Source: Chromera velia
Taxonomy: Eukaryota
Direction of reading: 5' to 3'
Length of the DNA: 59,714 nucleotides
Assembly: GCA_018398765.1 (NCBI GenBank)
Contig: JAHBMJ010000019.1
Coordinates: 1 to 59,714, forward strand
The translations under genes were made by a program, and so were the position numbers. Each line of letters begins with the position of its first letter. Position 1 is the stretch's first letter. The notes under the pieces were generated by a model that was given only the letters and a program-made list of their open reading frames with translations, had not been told where the DNA came from and did no database searches. Below, one piece after another: positions 1 through 12,807 of the stretch.

Positions 1-135
1 TCAGTCAGTCAGTCAGTCAGTCAGTCAGTCATTCAGTAAGTCAGTCATTCAGTCATTGAGTCAGTCAGTCAGACAGTCAGTCAGTCAATCAGTCAATCAG
101 TCAATCAGTCAGTCAGTCAATCAGTCAGTCAGTCA
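1..135. repeat. (TCAG)n/(TCAA)n microsatellite, probably intronic
   Basis: Direct tetranucleotide run. The same motif follows GTCAGT donors elsewhere in the window. Confidence 0.9.
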
Positions 136-317
136 GCCATTCTGTGAGTTCGTCAGAGCAAGAGAGTCCGTGCGCGGAGCAGAGAAAATTCAAGCAGAGG
201 CCAGAGAACACGAGAGAGAAATCGGGTAGGAAGGAATGGATGAACGAAGCAACCACGAATAAATGAAAGTGGACAAATACGCGCACCGCCCTCGGCTTCA
301 TCTTCTTATTCAATTGG

Positions 318-711
318 AACGCTTGAGAAGAACAACAGAGAGAAGAGAGGGACGCTTGAGAAGAACAACAGAGAGAAGAGAGGGACGCTTGAGAAGAACA
401 ACAGAGAGAAGAGAGGGACGCTTGAGAAGAACAACAGAGAGAAGAGAGGGACGCTTGAGAAGAACAACAGAGAGAAGAGAGGGACGCTTGAGAAGAACAA
501 CAGAGAGAAGAGAGGGACGCTTGAGAAGAACAACAGAGAGAAGAGAGGGACGCTTGAGAAGAACAACAGAGAGAAGAGAGGGACGCTTGAAAAGAACAAC
601 AGAGAGAAGAGAGGGACGCTTGAGAAGAACAACAGAGAGAAGAGAGGGACGCTTGAGAAGAACAACAGAGAGAAGAGAGGGGCGCTTGAGAAGAACAACA
701 GAGAGAAGAGA
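318..711. repeat. 33-bp minisatellite, about 12 copies
   Basis: Unit GGGACGCTTGAGAAGAACAACAGAGAGAAGAGA is repeated nearly perfectly and explains the repetitive ORFs at 125-772. Confidence 0.95.
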
Positions 712-864
712 GTGAACCGGATCGATGGATCGTCCAGTCGGACATCCAGAAGTCATGCGTGCATGCAACCATTTTGGTTTTTCTTTCTTCCAGTCAAGCA
801 GTCAGTCAGACAGACAGACAGACAGACAGAAAATCCTGTTTAGCAAGTACAACAGGTGCAGGTC

Positions 865-898
<34 letters not shown>

Positions 899-905
899 AA
901 GAGAG

Positions 906-936
<31 letters not shown>

Positions 937-1112
937 AGAGATAGAGAGAGAGACTGAAGGCCCTGCCTGCTTCTTGAAGAAGAATATCTTTCTTTTCTCT
1001 GCCTGCGTGCCTGCCTGCCTCCTCCATCCCAAAATGTAGGGAGTCTATCTGCGTTTCCGTCTGTCTGTCTTATTGTCTGTTTGCGTATTTGTCTGTCTGG
1101 ATATTTGTGCAG

Positions 1113-1151
1113 TGGGCAAAGTACGACCGTGATGACTCGGACTCGGACTGA
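1113..1151 (+). CDS. possible terminal exon of a gene starting before the window (WAKYDRDDSDSD*)
   Basis: TGTGCAG acceptor at 1106-1112 followed by a short acidic peptide and TGA. Phase could not be linked to an upstream exon. Confidence 0.2.
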   Translation, partial: WAKYDRDDSDSD

Positions 1152-2540
1152 CTGCAAAATCTTCTTTTCCCCCTCTTCTTTTTGGGTGACGAGAACTGCT
1201 TTCTGTCTCTTCGCACAGAGACCGCCTTGGGTAGATTCAGCAAGAACGAAGGAGACAGAGTGAGGCGGAAAAGAAGCAAAGCACGAACAAAAATGGAATT
1301 GATTGTCTGCATACATTCGTCTCATCGGGAAGTGATCTCTCAAGCAAATCAAAGACAACGAGAAAAATCGAGAAGAAAAGAAAAGTTTAGAGAGAGAACA
1401 ACTTTACCAAAAGACACACAATGAAACAGGGATTCAAAAGCAGCTGTCCGCTGGGCTCATTCATGCACCGGCAGACCGAGAAAGTAGACCAAAGCACACA
1501 AGAAAGCGAGGCCAGAATACACTCAAGCTGCGACATCAAAGATAGAGACTAACACAGAAAAGGAGCAAAGATTTATCCAGACAAAAGCGTGTCGTCCTCC
1601 GTTGAAAAAGGATCAAGGGAATTGATCAGAGAAAAGTAAAGCTCCCACTGTTGTGTGGGGCTGGGGCGAAAATAAATGCAAACGTATGCCACCATCGCTG
1701 ACAAGAAAATGTCAATTTGAAAAATAATGATATTTAACTTAGATTTGAATTGCAAGAGGTGCCATGAAAATGTAAACAAGGCATTGATTCAGTTTCGCGA
1801 AGCTTGCTGTAAAACTTTTGCAAACGAATGCACTCAGAGTTCCAATAAAAAAAAAAGGTATGTTTGTGTCTTTACTACGCACTGTCTGTACAGTGACTAC
1901 TATAGTTGATTTAGACAAACATTCCCACTTAAAACGATGCTCAAACATTCAATTAAGATATAATATACATTATACATACATGACTAGTAGTATAAACAAA
2001 CTTCAAACTGTTTAGATAATATGCCAATGATTGTTTTAATGTTGTTATTTGTTTTTTAATCTATATTTAATTTACATACTTATTTAAAATTTAAAAGATT
2101 TTTAAGGTTGATTCTGTACTCGGATGACAAGCAATTGTAGCTCCTGACTGTGCAGGTGTGCCTGGTCTCTGTCTCTAATCTAGGTTTCTAATATTTTTTT
2201 GATCCACTTTAAGTGGTTGTATGATAGTAATTGGTTGTATGATAGTGAGCTAGCTCCTACCAATTAGATGGGGCGGAGGTTTTTTTTTGTGGTAAATTGT
2301 GCTCAGATTGTGATTTTGAGCTTTTGCGAAGTGTCGGGTGGGGAGGGGGGGGCTCCGAAGCAGTCTAAAAAGGCGGCCTGCGACCGCAAAAGTGTGGTGT
2401 CTCGAGCTTTTTCGGGGCTCTGCCCCTCCCCGGGCGGTGAGGGCGCCCCCGGCCCCCGGGCCTCAGGCGCTGCCCGCCCCCCTCCCTCTCCCCGGCAGGG
2501 GGCTTTCCCAGTGTTAATTCGCACAGAAGCCCAACATGCA

Positions 2541-2580
2541 TGATGATCGAGGGTTTTGTTATGCATGCCGCGTCCCCACC
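2541..2580 (+). repeat. dispersed intergenic repeat, partial copy of the 52345-52489 motif
   Basis: TGATGATCGAGGGTTTTGTTATGCATGCCGCGTCCCCA aligns with the two copies at 52345-52489. Confidence 0.65.
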
Positions 2581-3157
2581 ATGTTGCATGCTGGCCGGCC
2601 CCTACTATAGGAGGCCCGTATAGAGGCCCAGGGCCCCGGCACTGTATTAATTTTGTGTCCATCCGTCCACAGTGACTCCACACGATTGATGCATTAATAC
2701 ATTAAGCATGCAATAAAAATGTACGTATTAATTATACCATACATACATACGTGCAGATGTATATATATATACACATGCACGCCTGCATGAAGCCACTCCT
2801 TGCATGATTTCATTGAATCAATGCGTCTATATTGTTCCCTTCGATCCCAGCTGTCTGTGCACGTATATCCGTCTTTCGTTTTGCCGTACTTGACCACAAG
2901 AAAGGGGTTTCTCTCTACATGGATCCATCTTCAGTGAAAGTCTTCGTAAAGTGATTCTGGAGCTGCATCGGTCACGCACCCCTTCGGACCCTTCCACACC
3001 CAGGTTTCCCTCCAGTTTTGCTCAGGAGAAACATCCCGGGGGACTTGACGAAGTTAATTAAGAGAACAGAAAGAAGGAAAGGCAGTCACATTGAACGGCA
3101 GTGTACGCTCGCAAGCAAAGAAGGGCACACCACACTTCTCGCCTGCCAGCACATTCC

Positions 3158-4474
3158 ATGGCAGCAGCAGCAGCTCCGGCTGCAGGCGCTGCAGATTTTA
3201 GAGGCAGCACGGGGCGGTTTTTCGACAGCTACCGCGACCCCTTCTCTCGCCACCCGTTCCTTCCCGCTGATTCTGTGTTTGCCAGGCAGTTCCGTGACAT
3301 CGGAGTGAACATCTCGCCCCTCAACCACACGGATGCCTATCTGCAGGACGGGTATGTCTTTCCCCTTGCTGCAGCCCAGGGTGCATCCTTCAGAGGATTC
3401 CACCCTCACCACCATCACACAGGGGGAGGAGGAGGAGGGCCGAATTCGAAAAACCAACTGGACCTGCAATCCGTCGCCTCTGCGCCTCCGGATGCGTCAG
3501 TCAGGTTTTCTTACCCCCAGAAGAGAACCTGGATGGGTGCAGGGCAGCAGCCGAGAGGCAGACAGGCCCACGCCCCTGAAGTCGCAGCAGACTCTTCCAG
3601 TAACGCCAACGAGCTGTCTTCTCTCCGTGAGAGGCTGCAGACTCTGGAGGCTGTGTGCAGAGAGCAGGAGAGGGAGCTGCATGACTTGAAGAAAGCCAGT
3701 CAGCAGAGAGAAGTCAGGACGCCCGAGAGGGAAAGAGGAGGGGAGGGTCGCTCTTCCCCCCTCGGCTCCCCTCGGTCCAAGTCGAGGCCGGAGACCGAGC
3801 TAAGGAGGGGAAGCAGTAGACAGGACATGAAACGGTCGGGCAGCACAAACGGAGGGCGGCCTCTGTCGTCTTCGAGCAAGAAGGAGAGTGGAGGGGGAGG
3901 AAAGGGAGAGAGCTACAAGACCCTCGTCAACGAGGCGAGAAACCTGATTGACACGCTGTTGGGTCGGGACTCGCCCTCGCCCTCCCTCCTGCCTGCCGGC
4001 TACTCTCCCCGGACAATGGCGACGTCCGCCGGGCGGGTGGGGGCATCGCCTCCGAGTGACGGTAACAAAAAAAGTGTGGGGCGCGGCCGGTCTTTCCGCC
4101 AGGGGGCAAAGGGGCAGAGGGGAAGTGAGAGCAGCAGCGTGACTGCAGACAGAGAGAGGGGAAGGGGGGTCAGAGGGAGAAGGGGGACTGATCAGTCAGA
4201 GGGGAAAGAGAGCGGGAGCAGCACAAGTGGAGGTAGAGGAAGGAGAAGTGGGGGCACTCGGAACTTGGCCAGACTGGGTTCTCGTCTTGTCGAGAATGCG
4301 GGGGGAAGGGAGAAAGGGGGGCGGGGAGGAGGAAGAGAGAGAAGTGTGGACAGTGGAGGGGGTGGGTTGTCCTCTTCAGTAGGGTTTCGAAAGCTGGACG
4401 AGGCGCTTGCTGTATTAGAGGGGGAGGAGAGCAGGATGCTGGCCTCTCTCAAATGGATGGGGGCAGGCGGTTAG
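3158..4474 (+). CDS. hypothetical protein (about 438 aa), short coiled coil plus Gly/Ser/Arg low complexity
   Basis: Long GC-rich ORF with first ATG at 3158 (the track start at 3101 is GTG). Heptad segment ELSSLRERLQTLEAVCREQERELHDLKK. Flanked by AT-rich intergenic DNA. No family recognised. Confidence 0.6.
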   Translation: MAAAAAPAAGAADFRGSTGRFFDSYRDPFSRHPFLPADSVFARQFRDIGVNISPLNHTDAYLQDGYVFPLAAAQGASFRGFHPHHHHTGGGGGGPNSKNQLDLQSVASAPPDASVRFSYPQKRTWMGAGQQPRGRQAHAPEVAADSSSNANELSSLRERLQTLEAVCREQERELHDLKKASQQREVRTPERERGGEGRSSPLGSPRSKSRPETELRRGSSRQDMKRSGSTNGGRPLSSSSKKESGGGGKGESYKTLVNEARNLIDTLLGRDSPSPSLLPAGYSPRTMATSAGRVGASPPSDGNKKSVGRGRSFRQGAKGQRGSESSSVTADRERGRGVRGRRGTDQSEGKESGSSTSGGRGRRSGGTRNLARLGSRLVENAGGREKGGRGGGRERSVDSGGGGLSSSVGFRKLDEALAVLEGEESRMLASLKWMGAGG

Positions 4475-7281
4475 CAAGAGGGTGACGTCCGCAGAATGAA
4501 GGAGGATGGAGAAGGTACAGACATGAGCGAGAGAGAGGGATACAGAATGACTGGATGAGAAGAGTTGCAGAGACAGAATGAACAAGGAATGAAAACAAAG
4601 TGACTAGGAGATTCTTCTTCCCCGTTCTCCCCCTCTGTCTCTTCCCTTTCAATCGATCGATCGCTCGATCAACAATGACTCGATGAAAGGCACGACAGGA
4701 CGCTGGGGACAATGCAAGAAACTTGGAGAAAGTAAGAATTTACTAAGAAACAAAGGCATGAAGGAAGACGGCGGGCCATACAAACAAGACGAGAGAATTA
4801 ATTCTCTCACTGAACAAAAGGACGCACGACGGCCCGGGTGATGTGCAATTCTTTCTGCTTTATATCCAGTCGAATTCTTTGTTCGTCATCGCAATCAAGA
4901 ACATCAGCAGGACAAATTGTAGACAACACCAAGGCTCAGAAAAATTCATTAATTGAAAAAGTAAATTCACCTAAAAATTATAACTTAAATTATATTAATT
5001 TGGGCTATGAATGAATAAATGAATGAAGTTGGCTTTGCTAGAGTGGAGCCGTGCTCCCAGCAGTATATAGGAATTTGACATTAAATTTATCAATACATTG
5101 AATTTTTATTCACGGTGTTGCATTGACTAGTGCATTGAATAATTTGAATTGAATTAAATTGAATTGAGGCAGTAACATTTGGTAGTTAAAGCCTACATGG
5201 GAGCTTAGCTGAAAGCATGCTACTTAAGCTCTGGCCAACTTTGAACTTTGAAGCCTAGTTTAAAGTATGACATGCATGCCTAGATGCATGCAAATGCCAT
5301 TCACATTCATATGCCCAGAGTAACACAAATGTTGGTATATTATACCGTATATATTCAAAACTCCTACTAGAACTCCTAGTAAAATTCTAAACCTCTTTAA
5401 ATTTGATATAGTGTTTTATGTTTCACTCTCGCAATACCCCGTGGAAGACTCTTGCAACATTTGAACAACAGTTGTTTGCCTATTGAATGCCATGATAAAT
5501 TAAAAAAAAAATCTATTCAAAAAAGAAACTTTTTCTCATCTTTTATTTTTTTTTAATGTAGTGCAGAGCCTAGTACTAAAGTTATCAAAACTTATTATTT
5601 CATCATCATCATCATTTCAGTTGTCACCATATAATCATTGCGATTCGTTTAATATTTCTATTTAATTCATTTGAATCATCTCCCTGCTTAGGATTTTGAT
5701 ATATCGATCCGTTGTATAATCCGCAACAACAGTTATAGCTACAGCAGAGCTGCCAGAGCAATCGTATATACTCAGGCTCCTACCAGTACTCTTAGCAATG
5801 CTAGCACCAATACTCAAATAACATATTGTAGTGCTAGTCACAAAGCTGTCTAAGAAGCCATCCAGAAGACCATTGTGTATGGGTAACTGAACTGAACAAC
5901 AATTTTTGTTCCAAGGGCATATAATATTAGGCCAATATTACAACGGCAGGAAAGCTAGCAGGAAAGAAGGAACGACCCCTGGAACGAAGGCTCCCGGAGA
6001 GTAAAGAAGGGATGCATGGTTATCTAGTGACTATCCGCCTTCTACAATTCACTGAATTGAATTCAGACACCTGGTGCAACTAAGCAGCAACTTTGAAAGC
6101 GTTACCAACGAAGTAGACGATGCCCACAGGTGGACACTGGGCAGGCACACACGCAACTGTACACGAGTAGACAAAAGCTTTCTCCAGGCATCCACACCCA
6201 CATACACGCACGTGCACAAACACACACACACTCTCTCTCTCTCCCTCACTCAAACGCACACACATGCACGCACGAGAACGTATATACACACGCACTCGCG
6301 CTCGTGAACTGTCACCACTGCCTGCGATGACCGAAACAAATGGAGAAAAGTGGGTACGTACGGCATTTTTGTGAATGAGATGAAGCTGCTTCTTCGCTTC
6401 ACCTCGGTCGACTAGACGTCTTTCTGCTTCTTTTCTTACACTTGACTAATTGTTGCGGGGCAGACGTGCACGCGTGCACACACTCCGTTGATCAATTAAC
6501 CGAGAAAGAAAGAAAGAAGCGACAGAGAGAGCGAGGGCGGCTTGGAGGCAGGGAGAGAATTCTGGTCGTTCCTCTCTCTGCAAAAAGCGTTCCTTAATTT
6601 TTCTCCTTTCAGGCCTGCCTTTTCGTTATTTTCCTCACCCCCGCGCAGCTTTCATTCTCTCTCTCCGCGTCGTGTCTGTCCTTTTGTCTTCTCTTCCATT
6701 TTCTCTTTCTCTCTCTGCACTCACTCTTTATTTTATTTCTTTCTCGAATGCCGTCGAGTGTCTCTCCCTCGCATCTTCCAATAAAATCGTGCAACGCTGC
6801 AGATACGGAAAACGAGTCTTGAAGACCCTTTCCAACGATGCGCCAGCTTCTCGGTCTCAGCTCAGGTTCGCACGAGGCCAGCGATCACGTCTGTCTACCA
6901 TGGGTTGCTGCTTTTTCGTGTTTGCTCCTTGAATCACTATCTCTCTCCACCTCTGATCCCTCCCTCCCCTCCTGAGGCCGTGTACACGCCTCCTCTCTCT
7001 CTCTCTCTCTCTCTTCTCTTTCTCCCTCTCTCTCTCTTCCTTTTCACTCTCCGGTTTCTTTTCTTGAAAAGCAACGAGAGAGACCAAGAGAGGGCAGGGA
7101 ATGGACTCTCTCGCTCACTCAACGAAACCGCTTTTTTCGCTCATCTTCGAGACATGCAGACTGACTGACTCTGTGACTTGTTTTTTCCTTTTTCTTTCAA
7201 ATCGACAGGCAGACAGACAGACACACGGACGGATGAAAAGAACAACCGCTTCTTAATTCCTTGAACACTCAGATAGTAACA

Positions 7282-10200
7282 TTAGCTCTGCTCCTCGTCC
7301 CCCTGCCATGTCTCTGAATCGAGCCGCGGCCTTGGAGCGGGAGTGTTGGATCTGTGACGTGACCCCGACGCTAGAGAATCTTGGGATGAAGACGTGTTGC
7401 CTCGTCGCAGTCGTTCTCTCTCCCGTTCCCTTTCCCTTTCCCTTTCCACCTCTCTTTCCCTCCCTTCTCTCCTTTCTCTCGCCCCGACTGCGCCTTCCCC
7501 TTTCCCTTCTTTTCCCTCCTCCTGCGGTGGTGGAGAATCGCCGCTCTCAGTCAGAGTCCCACTGGCCCCCCCTCCCCCCCCCCTCCCCTTTCCTGATTCT
7601 TCCTCCTGGTGATCGGAAGACTCCGCTGAGAGCCTGCTGCCTGACCCACCTGCACCTCCATACACACGCGCTCTGACCCTCTCCCACCTGCTGCCTGATG
7701 GCAGGGGCGCAACGGGCACCTTGCCGTTTCGGCCTCCGGCTCCGTTCCATGATGACCGACCGAGCGCCGTCTGCGCTTGTGCTCCCACTGCCTGGGCGTA
7801 CTGCTGCCCCAGTCCCCCGCGGGCTCCACCGCGCAGACCGTGTGCTGCGTTCGTTTGGTGTTCTTTTCTTGTGGGCGGGATGCCGGTGGGTGCCCGAGAG
7901 AGCAGAGAGCCGATCCCGTTGAGGAGATGGTCGATCTGCATTTATTTTTATCCAGAATTTATTTATTTATATCTATATATGAAGAATTCTGTACGAAAAT
8001 AAATGCGGGAGAGGAGAGAGCCGATCCCGTTGAGGAGATGGTCGATCTGCAATCAATCGATCGGAAGAAGAGAGGATTGAAGGGATACAGACAGACAGAC
8101 AGACAGACAGACAGGGTAAATAAATGGGTGGGTTGCTCTGCTTGGCTTGACGCGGAAAAGTGGGGACAGTCTGTTTGACCCCACACAAAGAAAGGAAAGG
8201 AAAAGAAGGCAATCAAATAAATCTTCAGCTGAGCTGTCAGCCAACAAACCGGGTTAGTAGGTCAAACCGATTGATCCACACAGGGGAAGGGGGACACCAA
8301 CCAAGAAAGAAAGAAAGAATGAAAGAAAGAGAAGGAAGGAACCCGAGGCAACGTCTCACGTCCGGACAGAATGTCACCAAGCTGCTGGGAAAAGGCGAAT
8401 AGCGAGAGAGAGAAAGATGGAGACACTTTAGCTCCCCCTCCTTTCATTCAGGGTCAGGCAAGACACGAAAAGCCAAAAGAGAATGAGTCCGAGCTCATGA
8501 ATCAGAACGTAGACTACCCATCTCATCTCATCACTCAATAGATGTGAACGAACTAATTCAATTCAATCCCATAATTCGAGTGCCCGCACCCACACATCCT
8601 TGCTAGGGTCATGTCACTTCGCCTCCCTTTCCACAAAAACGAACCAAGCAACCAACCTTTGTTTCTAGCAGTACCAGTCGCCCCTCAGTGTTCTGCTGCC
8701 TGCTGACGATCTCCAACACGTCCCGAGGAACAGGACTGCCCTGCCCTCTGCACACACACTCATTCATTCATCAACGCAGACAGGGAGACAGGGAGACGCG
8801 AGATGACTATGATTGCATGGGATCAAAGAACGAAAAAAAAAACACTCGCGCTTTGGTGTACTACAATACATATGTGAACTACAGCACATATAGCTGCACA
8901 TTTTTTTTCATTGCTCTCTGCAAGTGCCGCATGACCCTCACACACACCCACCCACAGCCTGGTTGACTGACCGACTGATTGACTGCTTAATTGCTTGCTT
9001 GACTGAATGACTGACTGACTGATTGCTTGCTTGCTTGCTCGACCGACAGACAGACAGACTGCTTGAGTGACTGACTGACTGACCGGAACCTCATGACGTT
9101 ATCGATGAGGATTTTGAGCTCGACCCCCGGGTCCGTCTCCGCAGTCAAATTCTGCACGTCCATCCGGTGGCACTCGAACTGAGTGAAGACATAAATCCGT
9201 GCGAGATCGGCCTCGTCGACCTCGAAGGACTGCAGGAGCTCCGACAGGCCCTTATCCTCCTCCAGAACAGATCCACACTCCTCCCAACAGACCATCACTC
9301 CGTCCAGACTCACCTGCATGCATTTATTTTCATACATACAGAATTCTTGCATTTATTTATTTTCTGAATCAAAAAGAGATCTGTCTGAAAATAAACGCAT
9401 GGCAGATCCACACTCCTCCCAACAGACCATCACTCCGTCCAGACTCACCTGCATGCATTTATTTTCATACACACAGAATTCTTGCATTTATTTATTTTCT
9501 GTATGAAAAAGAATTCTGTCTGAAAATAAACGCATGGACAGATCCACACTCCTCCTAACAGACCATCACTCCGTCCAGACTCACCTGCACCCAGCCACGC
9601 TTTCACATCCACATCCACACTGATCCACACACACACACGCACATATGGCCGGGAAAGCGAAGCTGAGAGGGCACATAACAAAATTGCTCCCCTCAGACCG
9701 CGCGTCGCTTGACGTTGGCAGGAAGATTTGACGCATGCAAAATCTACGGAACGCGCGAATCCAGCTGAGGAGGCACACAACAAGCTTTTGCGAGTTGCAA
9801 AAACAAGTATTTTTCGCTTTCCGGGCCATTCGCACTGAGTGCGTCAGATGGATACACACAGCTGTGGACAGACGGACATATGTGGACGTGCCGTCTGAGT
9901 CCTCTCGGGTCAACCTTGATCAATGCAAGCCTGCTCGCTGGGCTTCTTGCTTGATTTCCTCTCCTTCTGTCTGATGCCCTTCTTGTCTCGCCCTTCTCGT
10001 GGTCCCTTGATCCATTTGTCCAGTCCTTTTGCTTTCTGTTTGTCCCGCATCCATTTCCGTTTCCCCTCCTGGTTGGCTGTGAAGCAGTTTTCTTCTTTCT
10101 AACTAGGCAGGAAAGGAGGGGATGCAAACAAAACCGGGCACCGCTGTACATTTCTTGAACTGCGCACAAATTCATTTGCCATCTCTGTCTCCATGCGCAC

Positions 10201-10968
10201 GAGCTCACTCACACTAACAAACAAATGCACGCAGAGGGATATCACCTGACTCACTATCACTGACTGACTGACTAAATGATTAAATGACTGACTGACCTGG
10301 CCGTCCAGTCCAGGTTCCAGACAGGTGATGTCCGAGAGCTCATACTCCTGCCCTGCTCTCACGGGAAGGCCCGTGCCAGAGAACGAGGAAGGGGGCACAC
10401 TTCCTCTCCCCGCTCGATGCTCTCTTTCTCTTTCTGTATCCCCCCGCGTCTCTCTCTCTGTCTCTGTCTCTCTTCGCTGAGCAGCTGCTGGAGGGTGTTG
10501 ACGAGAGAGAGGCGACTCCTCATCAGCCAATCTTCTTGAAGATGCCGCTGCTTGCTGGAGAGACATGGGACCCCCTCGACTCGAGTCTCTCTCTTTCTCT
10601 TTCTCTCTTACCTCATCATCTGCCCCCCGTGCTTCCTCCAATTCCAGACCTTCCTCAGGATCTCCCACAGCGTCGTCATCGCCCCTCGGGTGCACCTCCT
10701 CCCCCACGTTCCCTCTCCCCCCATTCAACTGATGCAGGTGACCATTTGGCATTTGTACAGTATGCAGAGTCGCCCCCCCTCCCCCGCGCGGAGACGGAAA
10801 GGAAGCGGAACGACTCCGGTGAGACGGCACCGGTCGAGGATGAGCGTGCGGATGAGGCGCGTCCCCATGGCCCTCCATTCTCCCCCCAACTCCTCCACGA
10901 CCACGCAACTCGTCCTGATGAAACTCCGGAGAATCAACCTCGTCCCCATCATCAGCGGCTTCCCTGTA

Positions 10969-11007
<39 letters not shown>

Positions 11008-12776
11008 ATATACCAACACAAAAGGAAGAAAGCACTTCAATCGAGGTATTGAAATTAAATTAAGCACTTTGAACAATTCTGCGACATCCATAGGATAGAG
11101 CACTTTTGTAGTCAGAAACGCGCATCCGATCCAGCAAGGCTAGCGTGGAGCAGGAACTCTGTCCCTCACCCTCGTCTCTTGTCATGTCGTGCTGGCTGTC
11201 TACCTGCTTACCTGCGTATATGTCTGTCTGCCTGCACCCACCCGTCTGTCTGCCTTGTCTAGCCTTCTGAATGCCTTCCTGCCTGACTCTCTGAAGACAG
11301 GAGCTCGCAATCCACCGCCTCACTCACTCACACACCATCCTCATCATGAATGATCCAAGATGACCCAGAAAAAAAGAAGGCAGACGCGCATGCACACAAG
11401 TCGCAATATTTCTGCGTCACCCCCCACTCGTTGATTGAAATTGAAAACTGACGGAGAGGTGTCCAGAGTCAAACTGAAGGAGTTGGCCAGCCCCTGCCCC
11501 TGACACTGCTGTGATGCCTTTGAGTTCCCCCCTCCTTCCGCTCTTTGTTGCTCTTGAGAGCAAGGTGCTCGGGTCCGTGTCGGGGCTGTTGGGGGCAGAC
11601 GATCTCTTTCTGTCTCCCTCAAAAGGCTGGGGTCTCCCCTGTCCATCTCGTGTCTCTCCTGCGTCTCACTCAGCAGGGAGATCGACGAGGAAGACCGTTG
11701 GCCCAACCCGAACCTGACCAGCGGGGTCGCGTGGTCCTTCGCTGAGGGAAGAGACGGCAACGAGGCGGCCGTGTCTCCTCTGCGCAGCAAGCCGGTTGCG
11801 CCTGCAGCACCATGGGAAGGGGCTTCCGTCAAAGGAAGGGGTGCGGTTGCTGTTCGGTTGAGCCGCAGTCGTCTGGTTTCTCTTTCTCTTTCCCCGGTCG
11901 TCTCTGTCTGTTTGTTCTCCCTGCTCGCAGCATTCCGATTCGTCTCTCCAAACGCTCTCTTCTCCCCTCCACCAGAGGAGGAAGAAGGCGAAAGGGGTTC
12001 CATCGGAGACACAGTCACCAGCCTTTTCCTCCGGAATTTCCAGAGGGCCCGCGCCATCGCTTTCGCAAGTCTGCATGGAGGCAGGCAGAGCAAAACAAAA
12101 AAGAAAGAAAAGAAAGGCAGAAAGAAACAAACAAATAAAAAACAGAGACCCGCTCTTTCCGGATTTCTGAACACAGACAGGCAGGCAGACACGCTAGCGG
12201 GCTCAGAACGCACCGAACGTTGTGGGAAAGGCAAAACACCCATGCAGAAAGAAAGAAAGAAAGAAAGAAAGAAAAGAAAGAAAGAAAGAAAAGAAAGAAA
12301 GAAAGAAAGAAAGAAAGAAAACTTGAGAGAGAGCCTCACCCACCCAAAGAAAGCAAACACAAACTCCCATCATGCATGCATCCGTGCATGACCAAACTAA
12401 ACTCTACAGCTCCGCACCCTCCAACCCACCCCATGCAGCGGCAAGCCCCAACCAACCAACCAACGAGCGAACCCACACTTCTAAAACTCCTACCCACCTC
12501 AGCTTCTCGACTTCCTGCAAAGCTCCACGTGAGCTGGCCACCTGCATTCAGTCGATGCCACGACGTAGATGGATGAGCGCTCACAGACAGGACAGGACAG
12601 GATGCGTTGGGTGGGTGAGTAAGTGAGTGAGTATGTGCGTGAGTGATTAAGTACATGAACTCAACAGCCACTCGCTCTGTCAAACGATCTGTCGGGTCAT
12701 CCATTTAATTGACCTCTTTCTGTTCAACGCCTTTATTTCTGTGCTGTCATGGCAGGCTCGTCAGGAGAATGCGACA

Positions 12777-12807
<31 letters not shown>

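Noticed and set aside
125..772. Repetitive ORFs on both strands (LRRTTERREGR and others)
   Set aside because: By-product of a 33-bp stop-free minisatellite, with no other coding evidence.
9268..9589. CRISPR-like repeat-spacer array
   Set aside because: The spacers are near-identical to each other, the repeats are host exon sequence, the context is eukaryotic and no cas genes are present.
11060..11140. Possible extra channel exon (LYPMDVAELFKVL, EF-hand-like)
   Set aside because: The flanking exons join in phase without it and no convincing in-phase splice pair was found.
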